Below are positions 28,760-37,664 of a stretch of 64,000 nt of DNA, one piece after another. Position 1 is the first letter of the stretch, and every line of letters starts with the position of its first letter. The notes beneath the pieces are model-generated. The model saw nothing but the letters and a program-made list of their open reading frames with translations, did not search any database and was not told the DNA's origin. Source of the DNA: Candidatus Falkowbacteria bacterium (GTDB lineage Bacteria > Patescibacteriota > Patescibacteriia > Patescibacteriales > WJLG01). Where the stretch lies: contig CAVVFV010000010.1 of the NCBI GenBank assembly GCA_963747695.1, positions 164,451-228,450 on the forward strand, read 5' to 3'. Both the position numbers and the translations under genes were made by a program.

Positions 28760-28953
28760 CCTCCTTATTATGAAGGAACAAAGCGTCTTCCTGCCTTTAA
28801 TATTAGGCCGTTGGCTGGCTTTGTCAATCCAAAATTCGGCTAAAATTATCGTGCTCTTGACATTTTTACTAATTTATGATAAGATTCCCTGATTTTAGAA
28901 GAACTTTCTAAAATATTAAAAGATCGCTATTTCACAATTAAAAGGGAGGTTTT

Positions 28954-30525
28954 ATGTTCTCTGTCGTCCTCATCACCGGTTTGTTTCTGGTTGCCGTGTG
29001 TTGGTTGGTCCACTTTGTCGCGTGGGTCAACTCAAAAATGCTCGCGCCCGACGGATCAGTCGAGTGGCTAAAAGTGAACGGCAAGGAAGACCGCGCCCAG
29101 ATCGCGCTGAAGTTTTACTTCGGCGACAATTTTGGGTGGACGATCAGCGTCCTGCGTTCCGTCTTCCGCGTCCTGATCAAGGTCGCCGCGACACTCTGGC
29201 GTTTCACCGCTCCGGCCATCGTCAGAGCCGCCAAAAAAATTCAGTTGTCGCTTTCCATAGCGCGGCTGAAAATTTTGAAAGCGCGCGCTGAAAAGAAAGC
29301 CAAGGCGGCGCGGAAAATCGTGCCGGTCATTCCCAAAGCGCGGCAGGTCAAAGCTGACAAGAAAAAGGAATTCGTCCCGATTCGGATCGAAGAACCAAAA
29401 ACGGAACTGCTCGCAACAGCAAAGCTTGCGGCGGCGGAACCGGTGGCGGAAAAAGACGAGGAGCTGACGCTGAAAGAAAAACTGGCGGCGCTCTTTGCCA
29501 AATTACTTCCCGCGAAGCCGGTGAAGAAACCCGTGCCGGTGAAAAAACCGACCGATCGGGACTTGCTTGACCAGTATCATCGCGATGCTGAAAAAACCGT
29601 CGACTACCGAACGCAAATGCATTACCTCGAACTCGCCAAAACGCAAATTCCCTTGGACATCTTTATCAGAATGCCTGGTGGAGCCGAAATTCTGGATAAA
29701 TATCTGGAAAGTAATCTTTGGGTCAGGCGGCGCTGGGAATCAGTTTGCCAATATTATTTCAGTCTGCCGTTTGAAGAACTCAATGACGAATCGTGGGTTC
29801 GGCATTGGCATTATACGGTCTGCCTGGAATCCATCCTCAAAACCGCCATCGTTCTTCCTTCCGAAGAAAAACCGGCCGATCCGATAGTCCAGCACTTCCA
29901 AACGTCGCTGCCTGAACAACAAAGCGGCGTCACGCTGGCCAATTCGAACGGAGTTTCGTTCGCTACGCTTTTTGACAAGACGGTGGGCAAAATTGTCCAT
30001 GAGGATAACGAATCCCTGCCCGCCTTAGTCGAAAAACCGAACACGGAAGCGAATGACGCCTCACGAACATCCGCTACGGCAAATCCGCCGGCGGCTGCGA
30101 CCAAAGAAAAAACTTCCGAACCGGAAATCAAAATCGCCAAAGTCGAGGCGGTCGTCACGGGTAAGGAAGACAAAGAAAAAGTAAGCGTACTGATCAAACA
30201 GGTTGATCGCACGAAGGAAGTCCAAACTCGCCAAACAAATCCGCAATCGGAAGGAGAGAGTATGAAATTCTGGGAAGATCTGAAAAATGTGTTGGGCCTG
30301 ATCCCACGCCTGAAAGGACGGTCAAAGGACGTCAAAAAAGCGCACGACGAGCTGATCGTAGCCGCCCTTAAAAAACAGGTTGCGGATACGAACAGCGATG
30401 TGCTGGTCGCCGACAAAGCCAACATGGAATTGCGCAGAGCAATTTCTCAACGAGAAAAAGAATCTGCTTCCTTTGGAACAGGAAGTCAGCGAATCATGGT
30501 TGTTGCACTACATAGAGCTCGATGA
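28954..30525 (+). CDS. membrane-anchored hypothetical protein. A probable frameshift near 30440 would extend it to 30643.
   Basis: N-terminal TM, Lys/Ala/Pro-rich linker, then globular region. ORF 30380..30643 in the +1 frame continues with protein-like sequence (…LEQEVSESWLLHYIELDEAKKAHEQGKTIEE…) after an A5 run at ~30450. Confidence 0.55.
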   Translation: MFSVVLITGLFLVAVCWLVHFVAWVNSKMLAPDGSVEWLKVNGKEDRAQIALKFYFGDNFGWTISVLRSVFRVLIKVAATLWRFTAPAIVRAAKKIQLSLSIARLKILKARAEKKAKAARKIVPVIPKARQVKADKKKEFVPIRIEEPKTELLATAKLAAAEPVAEKDEELTLKEKLAALFAKLLPAKPVKKPVPVKKPTDRDLLDQYHRDAEKTVDYRTQMHYLELAKTQIPLDIFIRMPGGAEILDKYLESNLWVRRRWESVCQYYFSLPFEELNDESWVRHWHYTVCLESILKTAIVLPSEEKPADPIVQHFQTSLPEQQSGVTLANSNGVSFATLFDKTVGKIVHEDNESLPALVEKPNTEANDASRTSATANPPAAATKEKTSEPEIKIAKVEAVVTGKEDKEKVSVLIKQVDRTKEVQTRQTNPQSEGESMKFWEDLKNVLGLIPRLKGRSKDVKKAHDELIVAALKKQVADTNSDVLVADKANMELRRAISQREKESASFGTGSQRIMVVALHRAR

Positions 30526-30666
30526 AGCCAAGAAAGCCCACGAGCAAGGCAAAACCATCGAAGAAATCAAGCTCAAACTCAGTTCGCCCAAGGATGGCGA
30601 ACCGGAAACTATGCCCAAAGCGGCTCAAGAACAGCTGGCCTAAGGCGAGCAAGCATCAAATGTATC

Positions 30667-30703
30667 GACCCTGACTGTCTTATTCAGTCGGGGTCTTTTT
30701 TTA
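30667..30703 (+). terminator. rho-independent terminator
   Basis: cgaccctgactg...cagtcggggtc followed by tttttttatt. Confidence 0.6.
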
Positions 30704-30804
30704 TTCATTATCTAAAAAATATAGCTAAAACCTCTTAATTTTCCCGATAAATTATCTCTAATATTAAATGATTTACCGCCATTTTCATCTTTCCCCTAAA
30801 ACCA

Positions 30805-30834
30805 TTGACTTTTCATGCTATTTTATGCTATACT
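30805..30834 (+). promoter_or_regulatory. sigma70-like promoter (TTGACT - 18 nt - TGcTATACT extended -10)
   Basis: Seen in sequence upstream of the long structured leader and the SPFH gene. Confidence 0.5.
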
Positions 30835-30870
30835 AAAATGATTTGGAATAAGGCAAATTCTGCCAAGGGG

Positions 30871-31026
30871 ACTGTCATCGAATGCTCATTTAGTCATAAA
30901 TTTTCAAATTTTGAGGAAATTTTTTTCAAAAATTTTTGAAGCGATATGACCATATCGTTGAAAAGATTTTTGAAAAAATTTACCGAAATTTGAAGATTTA
31001 GGGCAAATACGGCATTCGATGACAGT
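30871..31026 (+). other. long stem-loop: 15-bp perfect inverted repeat (ACTGTCATCGAATGC / GCATTCGATGACAGT) enclosing ~125 nt of AT-rich TTTCAAA(A)TTTTTGA(A)G repeats, in the 5' leader of the SPFH gene
   Basis: Seen directly. Ends ~90 nt before the SPFH start codon. Confidence 0.6.
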
Positions 31027-31114
31027 TCCCGAATCTGAATCAAATGTCCCTTACAATTTTTTGTAAGTAACATCAAAACAATCCATTCTGAAACCTTAAT
31101 CAAAGGAGTCCTGT

Positions 31115-32887
31115 ATGATGAACGCGCTTATCGTTGTCGCGATTGTGTTGGCTGTCTATCTTCTCGCCCGGTTCTGGATCTTCCGGAACTGGTTCGCGAA
31201 GAGAAAGACGGAGACCGAGTATGAGAAACGATTGTCGGAAATCCGCGCGACCGAAGAAGGAAGAAGGGTCGCCGACGAAATCCGCCTAACTGAGCTGGAC
31301 CTCGAAAGAACGAAGAAGCAAACCTTGACCGAACAGGAAAAGATCAACCTCATCCAGTTGCGCAAAACTCATCTCGAGTTGAAGCGGTCATTGCTCAAAT
31401 CCTTGAAGGATGAAGAGCCGACTGCCGGCGCAACGGACTCCGGAGTCGAAGATTCCCAAAACAAGCGAAGCCGTCGCGGGAAAAAAGGCTGGTCAGTAAT
31501 GATCAGTTTAGTTTCGCTGGCCGCAATCGTCATTTGGGCCGGAATGAGTTTTCTCAATCACTGGGAATGGCCCGCCACCTATCTGCCGATCATCGGTATG
31601 ATCGCGGCCGCCGTGCTCATCATCAGGAGACTTAATTCGAACAAAAAAAACAAGGTCAACCAGACAGGAAACAAGACGGGCAGGAAGTCCAAACCAGGCA
31701 AAAAAAAGAGCAAAGAAATTACTCAATTATTTTACCCTCACTGGTTATGGATTTCGTTTCTGGCAATGATAAGTCTTATTCCTATTACCGTTTTGATTCT
31801 GAATCTTTCTTGGCAGTACAGTCAGAAACATCCGGCAATTTTTTATCTCAGCATTGTCATTTCCCTGCTCATCGCGGCTTATTATCTGGTGCGTACGGTC
31901 AAAGGCGCAAACAATCCGTTGCCGGAAAAAGATGAGTTTGCCGTAACTATTTTTAAAAAATATTGCGGCACAAGGAAAACCCCCGGGCTATTCTTTGCCT
32001 TTCCCCTTTTCGGCTGGGTCGAACTTCTGGGCATAAGCACGGAAGACGATCAAGAGCAATTATTCCAAGTGGTCGATAAAGAAGGAAAAGTGAGCACGGC
32101 GCGGTTTGACCTCGACGATGCGAGCGTTCCCCTGCTGGCCGACGTCTTCTTCCGAATCGTCGATGCGTATAAATTCCTTTTCGGCAATGAAGATAGCGTC
32201 CAGTCCATGGTCGAATATGTCGAAGCCTATCTGCGGCGAGTCTTTATAGTGCCAGCGGATGCGGCAAGCGGAAAATCAGAACGAGTCATGAATTTGGAAG
32301 AAGCCTTACTGTTCAAAGCCAAAGACATGATCACCCGCTTTAATACCGAGAATAACGAAAACGGAGAAGTTCATCGTGATTTCGTTAAGTCTCATTGGGG
32401 AATAGAAGTTTTTCGGATCCAGATCAGGGACTTTGACCTAAATGAAGAACAGCGCAAAGCGTTAAATATGAAACTTGAAGCGAAAAAAAGAAAAGAAGCG
32501 GCCCGGGAAGATGCCGATGCCGAAGCTGTGCGAGCTGACGGCAAAGCGCGCGGAATCGAAAGGCTGGCTAAAGCAAGCCGGGTGGAATTTGCGGAAAATG
32601 CCGCAGGATATTCGGATGCCGTAAACTCGTTCGCGGGCAAAGTCGAACCCGACGAAGTTCTTTTTCACATTAGGGAAATGAGAAAATTCGGTATGCCTAA
32701 TGCCACCCTCGTCATCAGCGACGGAGGCGGCAATGCGGCATTTGGCGCCCAATTCGAAGCGGGCCGCCAAGCTTACAACAGAAACAACGAAAGGAAAGAA
32801 CCAAATGCTGAAACCATATTACCCAAGAAACGGCCGGACGGTTCAAAGGAAGGAACAGGGTCTTCCGACAAAAAACCCAACGGCTGA
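31115..32887 (+). CDS. SPFH/band-7 (stomatin/flotillin/HflK-like) domain membrane protein with extended multi-TM N-terminus
   Basis: Central region ...FFAFPLFGWVELLGISTEDDQEQLFQVVDKEGKVSTARFDLDDASV...DSVQSMVEYVEAYLRRVF...FRIQIRDFDLNEEQRKALNMKLEAKKRKEAAREDADAEAVRADGKARG fits the SPFH domain plus coiled-coil. Several N-terminal TM helices. Confidence 0.6.
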   Translation: MMNALIVVAIVLAVYLLARFWIFRNWFAKRKTETEYEKRLSEIRATEEGRRVADEIRLTELDLERTKKQTLTEQEKINLIQLRKTHLELKRSLLKSLKDEEPTAGATDSGVEDSQNKRSRRGKKGWSVMISLVSLAAIVIWAGMSFLNHWEWPATYLPIIGMIAAAVLIIRRLNSNKKNKVNQTGNKTGRKSKPGKKKSKEITQLFYPHWLWISFLAMISLIPITVLILNLSWQYSQKHPAIFYLSIVISLLIAAYYLVRTVKGANNPLPEKDEFAVTIFKKYCGTRKTPGLFFAFPLFGWVELLGISTEDDQEQLFQVVDKEGKVSTARFDLDDASVPLLADVFFRIVDAYKFLFGNEDSVQSMVEYVEAYLRRVFIVPADAASGKSERVMNLEEALLFKAKDMITRFNTENNENGEVHRDFVKSHWGIEVFRIQIRDFDLNEEQRKALNMKLEAKKRKEAAREDADAEAVRADGKARGIERLAKASRVEFAENAAGYSDAVNSFAGKVEPDEVLFHIREMRKFGMPNATLVISDGGGNAAFGAQFEAGRQAYNRNNERKEPNAETILPKKRPDGSKEGTGSSDKKPNG

Positions 32888-33443
32888 AAAGGAAAACACA
32901 AATGGTGAATCGGGAACTCCGGAAAAATGCCAACCAACGGGCAGGCCGGCGGTGAGCAATGAAACACTGTCAATTCTTTTCGTGATCGGAGTATTCGTAG
33001 TCGGGACAATTCTTCTGGCATATCTCCAGAACTTGAAAAACCCTGCCGCGACCATCACGGACATCGTGTTCAGCAATAATTTCTGGTTGTTTACCGTAGC
33101 CTGCGTTTTAAGCTGGATCTACGGCGTGATCAAGAAAAAAAGCTTGCTGCACGTTGTCAACCGAATTCTTCTCCTGGAAATAGCGGTCTTAGCGATAATA
33201 CTGCTGTTGCCGGTGGTATTTGTTAAAAAACCAGTTGTCGCGGAAAGCTACGCCATGAACCGACCGACGGCCTACACAGCACCGTTGGCGAATGTCGCGG
33301 GGAAATATGTATTTTCCCTTGACTCGCTCGGTCAAGGAAGGAACGTTCTGATTTTCTGCCCGGACGGCCAGTCCATTGGGCGGTCGGCACCGACAAGTGC
33401 CAAAACAACGCCCTGCTCTCTGTCAGGGGCAACGATACATTGA
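32805..33443 (+). CDS. membrane protein overlapping the SPFH gene end (possibly NfeD-like partner)
   Basis: AAAGGAAAG RBS ~10 nt upstream of ATG at 32805. Three TM helices then a ~70-aa C-terminal domain. SPFH genes are commonly paired with NfeD (established knowledge). The NfeD assignment itself is only inference. Confidence 0.45.
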   Translation: MLKPYYPRNGRTVQRKEQGLPTKNPTAEKENTNGESGTPEKCQPTGRPAVSNETLSILFVIGVFVVGTILLAYLQNLKNPAATITDIVFSNNFWLFTVACVLSWIYGVIKKKSLLHVVNRILLLEIAVLAIILLLPVVFVKKPVVAESYAMNRPTAYTAPLANVAGKYVFSLDSLGQGRNVLIFCPDGQSIGRSAPTSAKTTPCSLSGATIH

Positions 33444-33835
33444 GAAGCTGGCTGACAGACCAACATTCGGAGGGCCTGCAGAAAGACTTCGTAATGATCG
33501 CGATTGCCCCGATGGAAGTATCGAATTCACGGAAAAGTCGGGATGATCTATGACCCCGCCTGATTGCCAAAGCAAAAAGGAGCGTAAAAACACAACCTAA
33601 GGGAAGCGCACAATGTCTTCCCTTTTTTATTTTGCCTAAATGAGATATAATAATACTGATGGTTTACAATAACCTTCAAAAAAGCCCTTATGAAAAATAT
33701 TATTAAAATTTTCCCTTGTTTTATCGATAATTTCACATTCGCGATCACGGCAAAATTAGTTTTGGCCGATGACAATATCACGGCACTTGTACTTGCGATC
33801 GTATCGGCCAAGATGCTTACGCCGAAGATGCGCCA

Positions 33836-34315
33836 ATGGGTTGGGTAGCGGATGAAACCGGCGAAACAGGCATTGACTTGCACGACAGTATCGCCCAAGA
33901 TGCTTGTGCAAATACGGTTCCGAATGTGGCCGGCAGCGATGCCAGCGGCTGGCGAACAAACTGGACCGGATTGGGCGGTAGCGGCCGACCGGTTCCGGAT
34001 GAGCGACTCCGGATCAACGCCCGTCCGGATACCGGTACCGTCCCGGCCGTCAATTTGAATAATCCTTTAGGCAATACCGTTACCGTTCCCGGACTGGTTC
34101 ACAATATTATCAATGCCGCGCTCGGCGTGGTCGGATCATTGGCTTTGGTGATGTTCATCTATGGCGGCTTCACTTGGATGCTTGCCGCCGGCAACGAACA
34201 AGCTGTGGAGAAGGGCCGCAACATTTTGGTCTGGGCGGCGGTCGGCCTGGTCGTCATCTTCGCTTCTTATTCTTTCGTCAACTTCGTCATCAGCGCCATC
34301 ACCAGCAGCGGCTAG
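33836..34315 (+). CDS. TrbC/VirB2-like T4SS pilin. Apparent signal peptide sits in a different frame (33690..33845).
   Basis: C-terminal ...GLVHNIINAALGVVGSLALVMFIYGGFTWMLAAGNEQAVEKGRNILVWAAVGLVVIFASYSFVNFVI = two TM helices around a short loop, the VirB2/TrbC hallmark. Upstream frame-0 ORF MKNIIKIFPCFIDNFTFAITAKLVLADD... looks like its signal peptide, separated by a -1 shift near 33775-33790. Confidence 0.6.
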   Translation: MGWVADETGETGIDLHDSIAQDACANTVPNVAGSDASGWRTNWTGLGGSGRPVPDERLRINARPDTGTVPAVNLNNPLGNTVTVPGLVHNIINAALGVVGSLALVMFIYGGFTWMLAAGNEQAVEKGRNILVWAAVGLVVIFASYSFVNFVISAITSSG

Positions 34316-34394
34316 GATCAATTAAAATTAAAAATGAAAAATTAACAATTTCTCTAAAAAAACGCCGGATAATTTCCGATGTTTTTTAAATGAT

Positions 34395-34640
34395 AAAAAT
34401 TACTCATTATAGCGCGCATTGGAAAATTTTCCGTAATCACGCAGCGTATCATTCCCGCTGGCGGGAAAGGAAGCCGTGCAAAATTGCGTTGTCCGAAGCC
34501 CCGCTTCATTTATTAGGATTTTATAAAGGAAAGCGGGGCAAGTATAGCAATTTTGCTAGGCTTCATAGCGAAGTGATAGGAAATTTGTCCAGCGCGCGAT
34601 TTTTTGCGCCACTTTTTTTAAAAAAAGTGGCAAAGATGTT
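34395..34640 (+). ncRNA. conserved structured non-coding element, copy 1 (homolog at 61945-62172). Class unknown.
   Basis: Shared blocks gcgcgcattggaaaatttt / cgcagcgtatca / cgctggcggga / ccgtgcaaaattgcgttg / agcaattttgctagg / ttcatagcg / aatttgtccagc / gcgccactttttttaaaaaagtggcaaa. A variable hairpin sits between the blocks. Frame is not conserved between copies, so the tracker ORF 34390..34794 is rejected. Confidence 0.5.
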
Positions 34641-34672
34641 GATTTGTTCATTAGTAATAATGTCGGTAATAG

Positions 34673-34738
34673 ACCCTCCCCGTCTCGCCCACGCCCAAGG
34701 GGACACGGCGGGCTCGGCACCCCTGCCGTGGAGGGGAC
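34673..34738. repeat. GC-rich palindromic repeat (…GGCTCGGCACCCCTGCCGTGGAGGGG)
   Basis: Same family as 37563-37606 (gggctcggcacccctcccaagagggg). Sits just after the tyrS stop. Confidence 0.6.
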
Positions 34739-34749
34739 TTTTTTTACTT

Positions 34750-35970
34750 CTAACTTCTTACTTTGACAAATCCCCGTTTACCTTTCTGAATTAAGACTTC
34801 TTTGTCCGCCACCGCCATTTCCGCTTCCCGGTCGCTGACAGTTTGATTATCAACCTTCACGCCGCCCTGTTCGATCAATCGGCCGGCCTCGCTTTTGGAT
34901 TTGGCCAAGCCGGCTTCAACCAGAAATCAGTTAATTGATAATTTCCGGCTGACATTTTGAAGACTGGGATATCAGCCGGTACTTCTTTATTCTGCACCGT
35001 GGCTTCAAAACCGCGCTGGGCTTTTACCGCTTCATCTTCGCCGCGGACGTTTTGACGATTTCGAAAGCCATCATTTTTTTATACTCCATCGGATTGACCC
35101 CTTTGGCCATCTCGCTTTTGATTTCTTTGATCGCTTCCAGCGGAACCTCGGTCAATAATTCCAAACCCATCGCGATATGATCATCGGAATAAGACATCGC
35201 TTTGCCGTACATATCAGCGGAAGAATCGACAAATTTATGCCATTGCCCTTAGTCTTGGACATGGTCCGGCCGTCGGGCGCGTCCATCATCTTGTTGGCGC
35301 GGACAAATCTTTCTTTGCCCAAATAAGCCTTGGATAATTCACGCCCGGCCAGCATATTGAAAGTCTGGTCAGCGCCGGCAATTTCCATATCGACGTTCAT
35401 CGCCACGCCGTCATAACCTTGCATCAAGGGATAAATAAACTCGTGCAAGCCGATCGGATCGCCGGCCGCCAGACGGCGATCGAACATATCGCGATCAAGC
35501 ATCTGCTGCACGGTCATATGCGACATCAATTTGATCACTTCGTCCAGCTTTAATTGCGAAAGCCATTCATGGTTGCGTTTGAATTGGACGGGATTATCGC
35601 CGCCGAAATCAATCAGCTGCGCGGCTTGTTCTTTCCAACCCTGTAAATTTTCTTCGATCTCGGCAACGGAAAGCATCTTCCGGCCGGATTCCTTATCCGG
35701 GTCGCCAACGCGGGCGGTGTAATCACCGACCAGAAAAATCACTTCATGGCCGAGCTGTTGCAGAATGCGCATCGCCCGGATACCCATCGCGTGCCCGACG
35801 TGCAAAAATTTACCGGTCGGATCATAACCTTGGTAAATGCGCAGCCGCTCGCCCGAATACAATTTTTCCCGGAAGCCGTCAACGGAGGGATAAATCGCCT
35901 CGACGCCGCGGGTTAAGAACTTTTCAATCAATTCTTTGTCGACAATCACTTTGGACATATTTTTTATCAA
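34750..35970 (-). pseudogene. tyrS: tyrosyl-tRNA synthetase broken by three 1-nt frameshifts (or local sequencing errors)
   Basis: N-terminal part 35152..35970 (HIGH-like HVGHAMG, KMSKS-like TMSKTKGN), middle part 35024..35212 (MYGKAMSYSDDH...), C-terminal S4 domain in a third and fourth frame (...NYQLTD / FLVEAGLAKSKSEAGRLIEQGGVKVDNQTV...KGKRGFVKV). Shifts map to AAA/AAAA, TTT/TTTT and GCGG(G)CG sites. Confidence 0.75.
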
Positions 35971-35984
35971 AATTATATTTAGCT

Positions 35985-36752
35985 TTAGTTATTATGGCCG
36001 TTCCGCCTGAACAGGAAAGGCAGCTGGCCGAATATTTCCCGCCAGACCTGGCAATAGAGCCAGAAAATATTTTGCCGGTATTCATCAGGCTGATAGCGAT
36101 AGCATTTCGCCGTCTTGACCATTTCCCCTTCCGCGTCAGCCTGTCTGCCCTCGATCGCGGCCAGCGAGCAGGAACCGGTATTGAAATAATTGATCGCTTT
36201 GAAGCACCAAATCTTACCGGCTTGCCGCTGCAGGATGACGGCCGGTAATGCCGAAAGGAGAACCGTGGCCGGAAGCAGAAAACAAGCTAATTTTTCCGAA
36301 AAGCCCGGACGGCCAACCTTGATCTCCCTGGAAAAATCATGCCCGTAAAGCAGGCGATGATTTTTCTTGATCTCAAAAAGGAATAGATTCCGGCCGACCA
36401 ATTTGGTCATCAATCTGAGCCGGAAGCTGACCGGCTGGAAAGATTCATTCAATTCATCGCGTCCGATAACGATCAGATGAATTCCGCCGAAGCTGTTACT
36501 GGCCAAGAAGATCCGCTGGATAAAGGCATTGAGCCGAGTCGGATGGATGCCGAAAATTTTCTCTTGCGCTCTTACGGCGGCGGCGAAAACTTTTTTGGTA
36601 TCCCGCTTGCCGGGACAAATGATCAAAAGATCGATATCGGAAATGGCCAGATCTTTTTCGCCGACTCCGGACCCTAAAACTTCTACAGAAATGATCTTGT
36701 CTTTCTGATCTCTGACTAACTCTTCAACAAAAAGTTGTGTTCTGTTTTCCAT
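35985..36752 (-). CDS. nucleotidyltransferase-fold protein (hypothetical)
   Basis: VEVLGSGVGEKDLAISDIDLLII = GS...DxD motif. Start trimmed to MENRTQ... because the longer ORF runs across tRNA-Leu. Confidence 0.5.
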   Translation of the reverse strand: MENRTQLFVEELVRDQKDKIISVEVLGSGVGEKDLAISDIDLLIICPGKRDTKKVFAAAVRAQEKIFGIHPTRLNAFIQRIFLASNSFGGIHLIVIGRDELNESFQPVSFRLRLMTKLVGRNLFLFEIKKNHRLLYGHDFSREIKVGRPGFSEKLACFLLPATVLLSALPAVILQRQAGKIWCFKAINYFNTGSCSLAAIEGRQADAEGEMVKTAKCYRYQPDEYRQNIFWLYCQVWREIFGQLPFLFRRNGHNN

Positions 36753-36862
36753 TATTTTATCTGACGGTGCGGATGGAGAGATTTGTCCGCTACGTCGGCC
36801 TTTGACCGCGAGCGGATCCGCGCGCGCCGCATCGCGGCGACGTCGCGGAAACCCGTCTTGTT

Positions 36863-36947
36863 TGGTGCAGACGGTGGGACTTGAACCCACATGAATTGCT
36901 TCACAAGCTCCTAAGGCTTGCGCGTATACCAGTTCCGCCACGTCTGC
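36863..36947 (-). tRNA. tRNA-Leu (anticodon TAG), class II with long variable arm, CCA encoded
   Basis: Minus-strand read GCAGACGTGGCGGAACTGGTATACGCGCAAGCCTTAGGAGCTTGTGAAGCAATTCATGTGGGTTCAAGTCCCACCGTCTGCACCA. Acceptor GCAGACG/CGTCTGC, anticodon loop CTTAGGA, T-arm GTGGGTTCAAGTCCCAC. Confidence 0.85.
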
Positions 36948-37166
36948 GAATTTACTAATCGTTTATCGGTATTAATTACCTTATTTTTAAGCAAAAAACG
37001 ACTTCTGTCAATGTTGTTATAAATTAGAAATTGGAAATTTGAGATTAGCCCTCAAAACCAAATATCAAATTTCCAATTTCCAATTTCAATCTTCATTATA
37101 TCATATATTTATGTTATAATAACACCATAGACCTAATAATTTATTAATCCACTAATTATCAATTTT

Positions 37167-37529
37167 ATGGACGAACAAAACCAAAATCCGACGCCGCAAA
37201 CGCCACCGGCCGCCAATCCCGGCTCGGCCGACGACCGCGATGCGCAAGAAAATAAGTATGTCGCTCTTTTCTCTTACATCTATATCCTCTTCTTGATCCC
37301 GCTCTTGGCCAAGCGCGATTCTAAATTCTGCCAATTCCATGCCAAGCAAGGCCTGGTGCTTTTCGTCATCGACATCATCGCCAGCCTGTTTATGTGGATC
37401 CCGCTGGTCGGCCAATTACTGATGCTGGCCTTGGCCGTGATCTCGATCATCGGCATCGTCAAAGTCTTGAACGGCGAATACTGGAAGATCCCCTACATTT
37501 ATGATTGGTCGGAAAAAATTAAAATCTAA
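37167..37529 (+). CDS. DUF4870-family small membrane protein
   Basis: ...KYVALFSYIYILFLIPLLAKRDSKFCQFHAKQGLVLFVIDII... matches the family as I recall it. Pro/Gln-rich N-terminus. Confidence 0.55.
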   Translation: MDEQNQNPTPQTPPAANPGSADDRDAQENKYVALFSYIYILFLIPLLAKRDSKFCQFHAKQGLVLFVIDIIASLFMWIPLVGQLLMLALAVISIIGIVKVLNGEYWKIPYIYDWSEKIKI

Positions 37530-37535
37530 TGCTAA

Positions 37536-37655
37536 TTTGCGAATGATGCGAATCTACGAATAACCCACCCCGCCTCGCCGGGCTCGGCACCCCTCCCAAG
37601 AGGGGAATTCGCGCAATTCGCATCATTAGCGAAATTAGCATTATCATTAATTAGC
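37536..37655. mobile_element. MITE-like composite: AT-rich terminal inverted repeats (TGCTAATTTGCGAATGATGCGAAT / ATTCGCATCATTAGCGAAATTAGCA) flanking a GC-rich CCCCTCCCAAGAGGGG core
   Basis: Seen directly. A solo copy of the AT-rich arm (aatgctaattttcgaatgatgcgaatctacgaata) occurs at 2186-2222 upstream of rpsA. Confidence 0.5.
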
Positions 37656-37664
37656 ATTTAAACT

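Noticed and set aside
34390-34794. 134-aa plus-strand ORF
   Set aside because: Spans the conserved structured element and a GC-rich repeat. Its reading frame is not conserved in the homologous copy at 61945-62172.
35985-36941. Long N-terminal extension of the nucleotidyltransferase ORF
   Set aside because: The extension runs straight through tRNA-Leu (36863-36947). Start moved to the internal Met at 36752.
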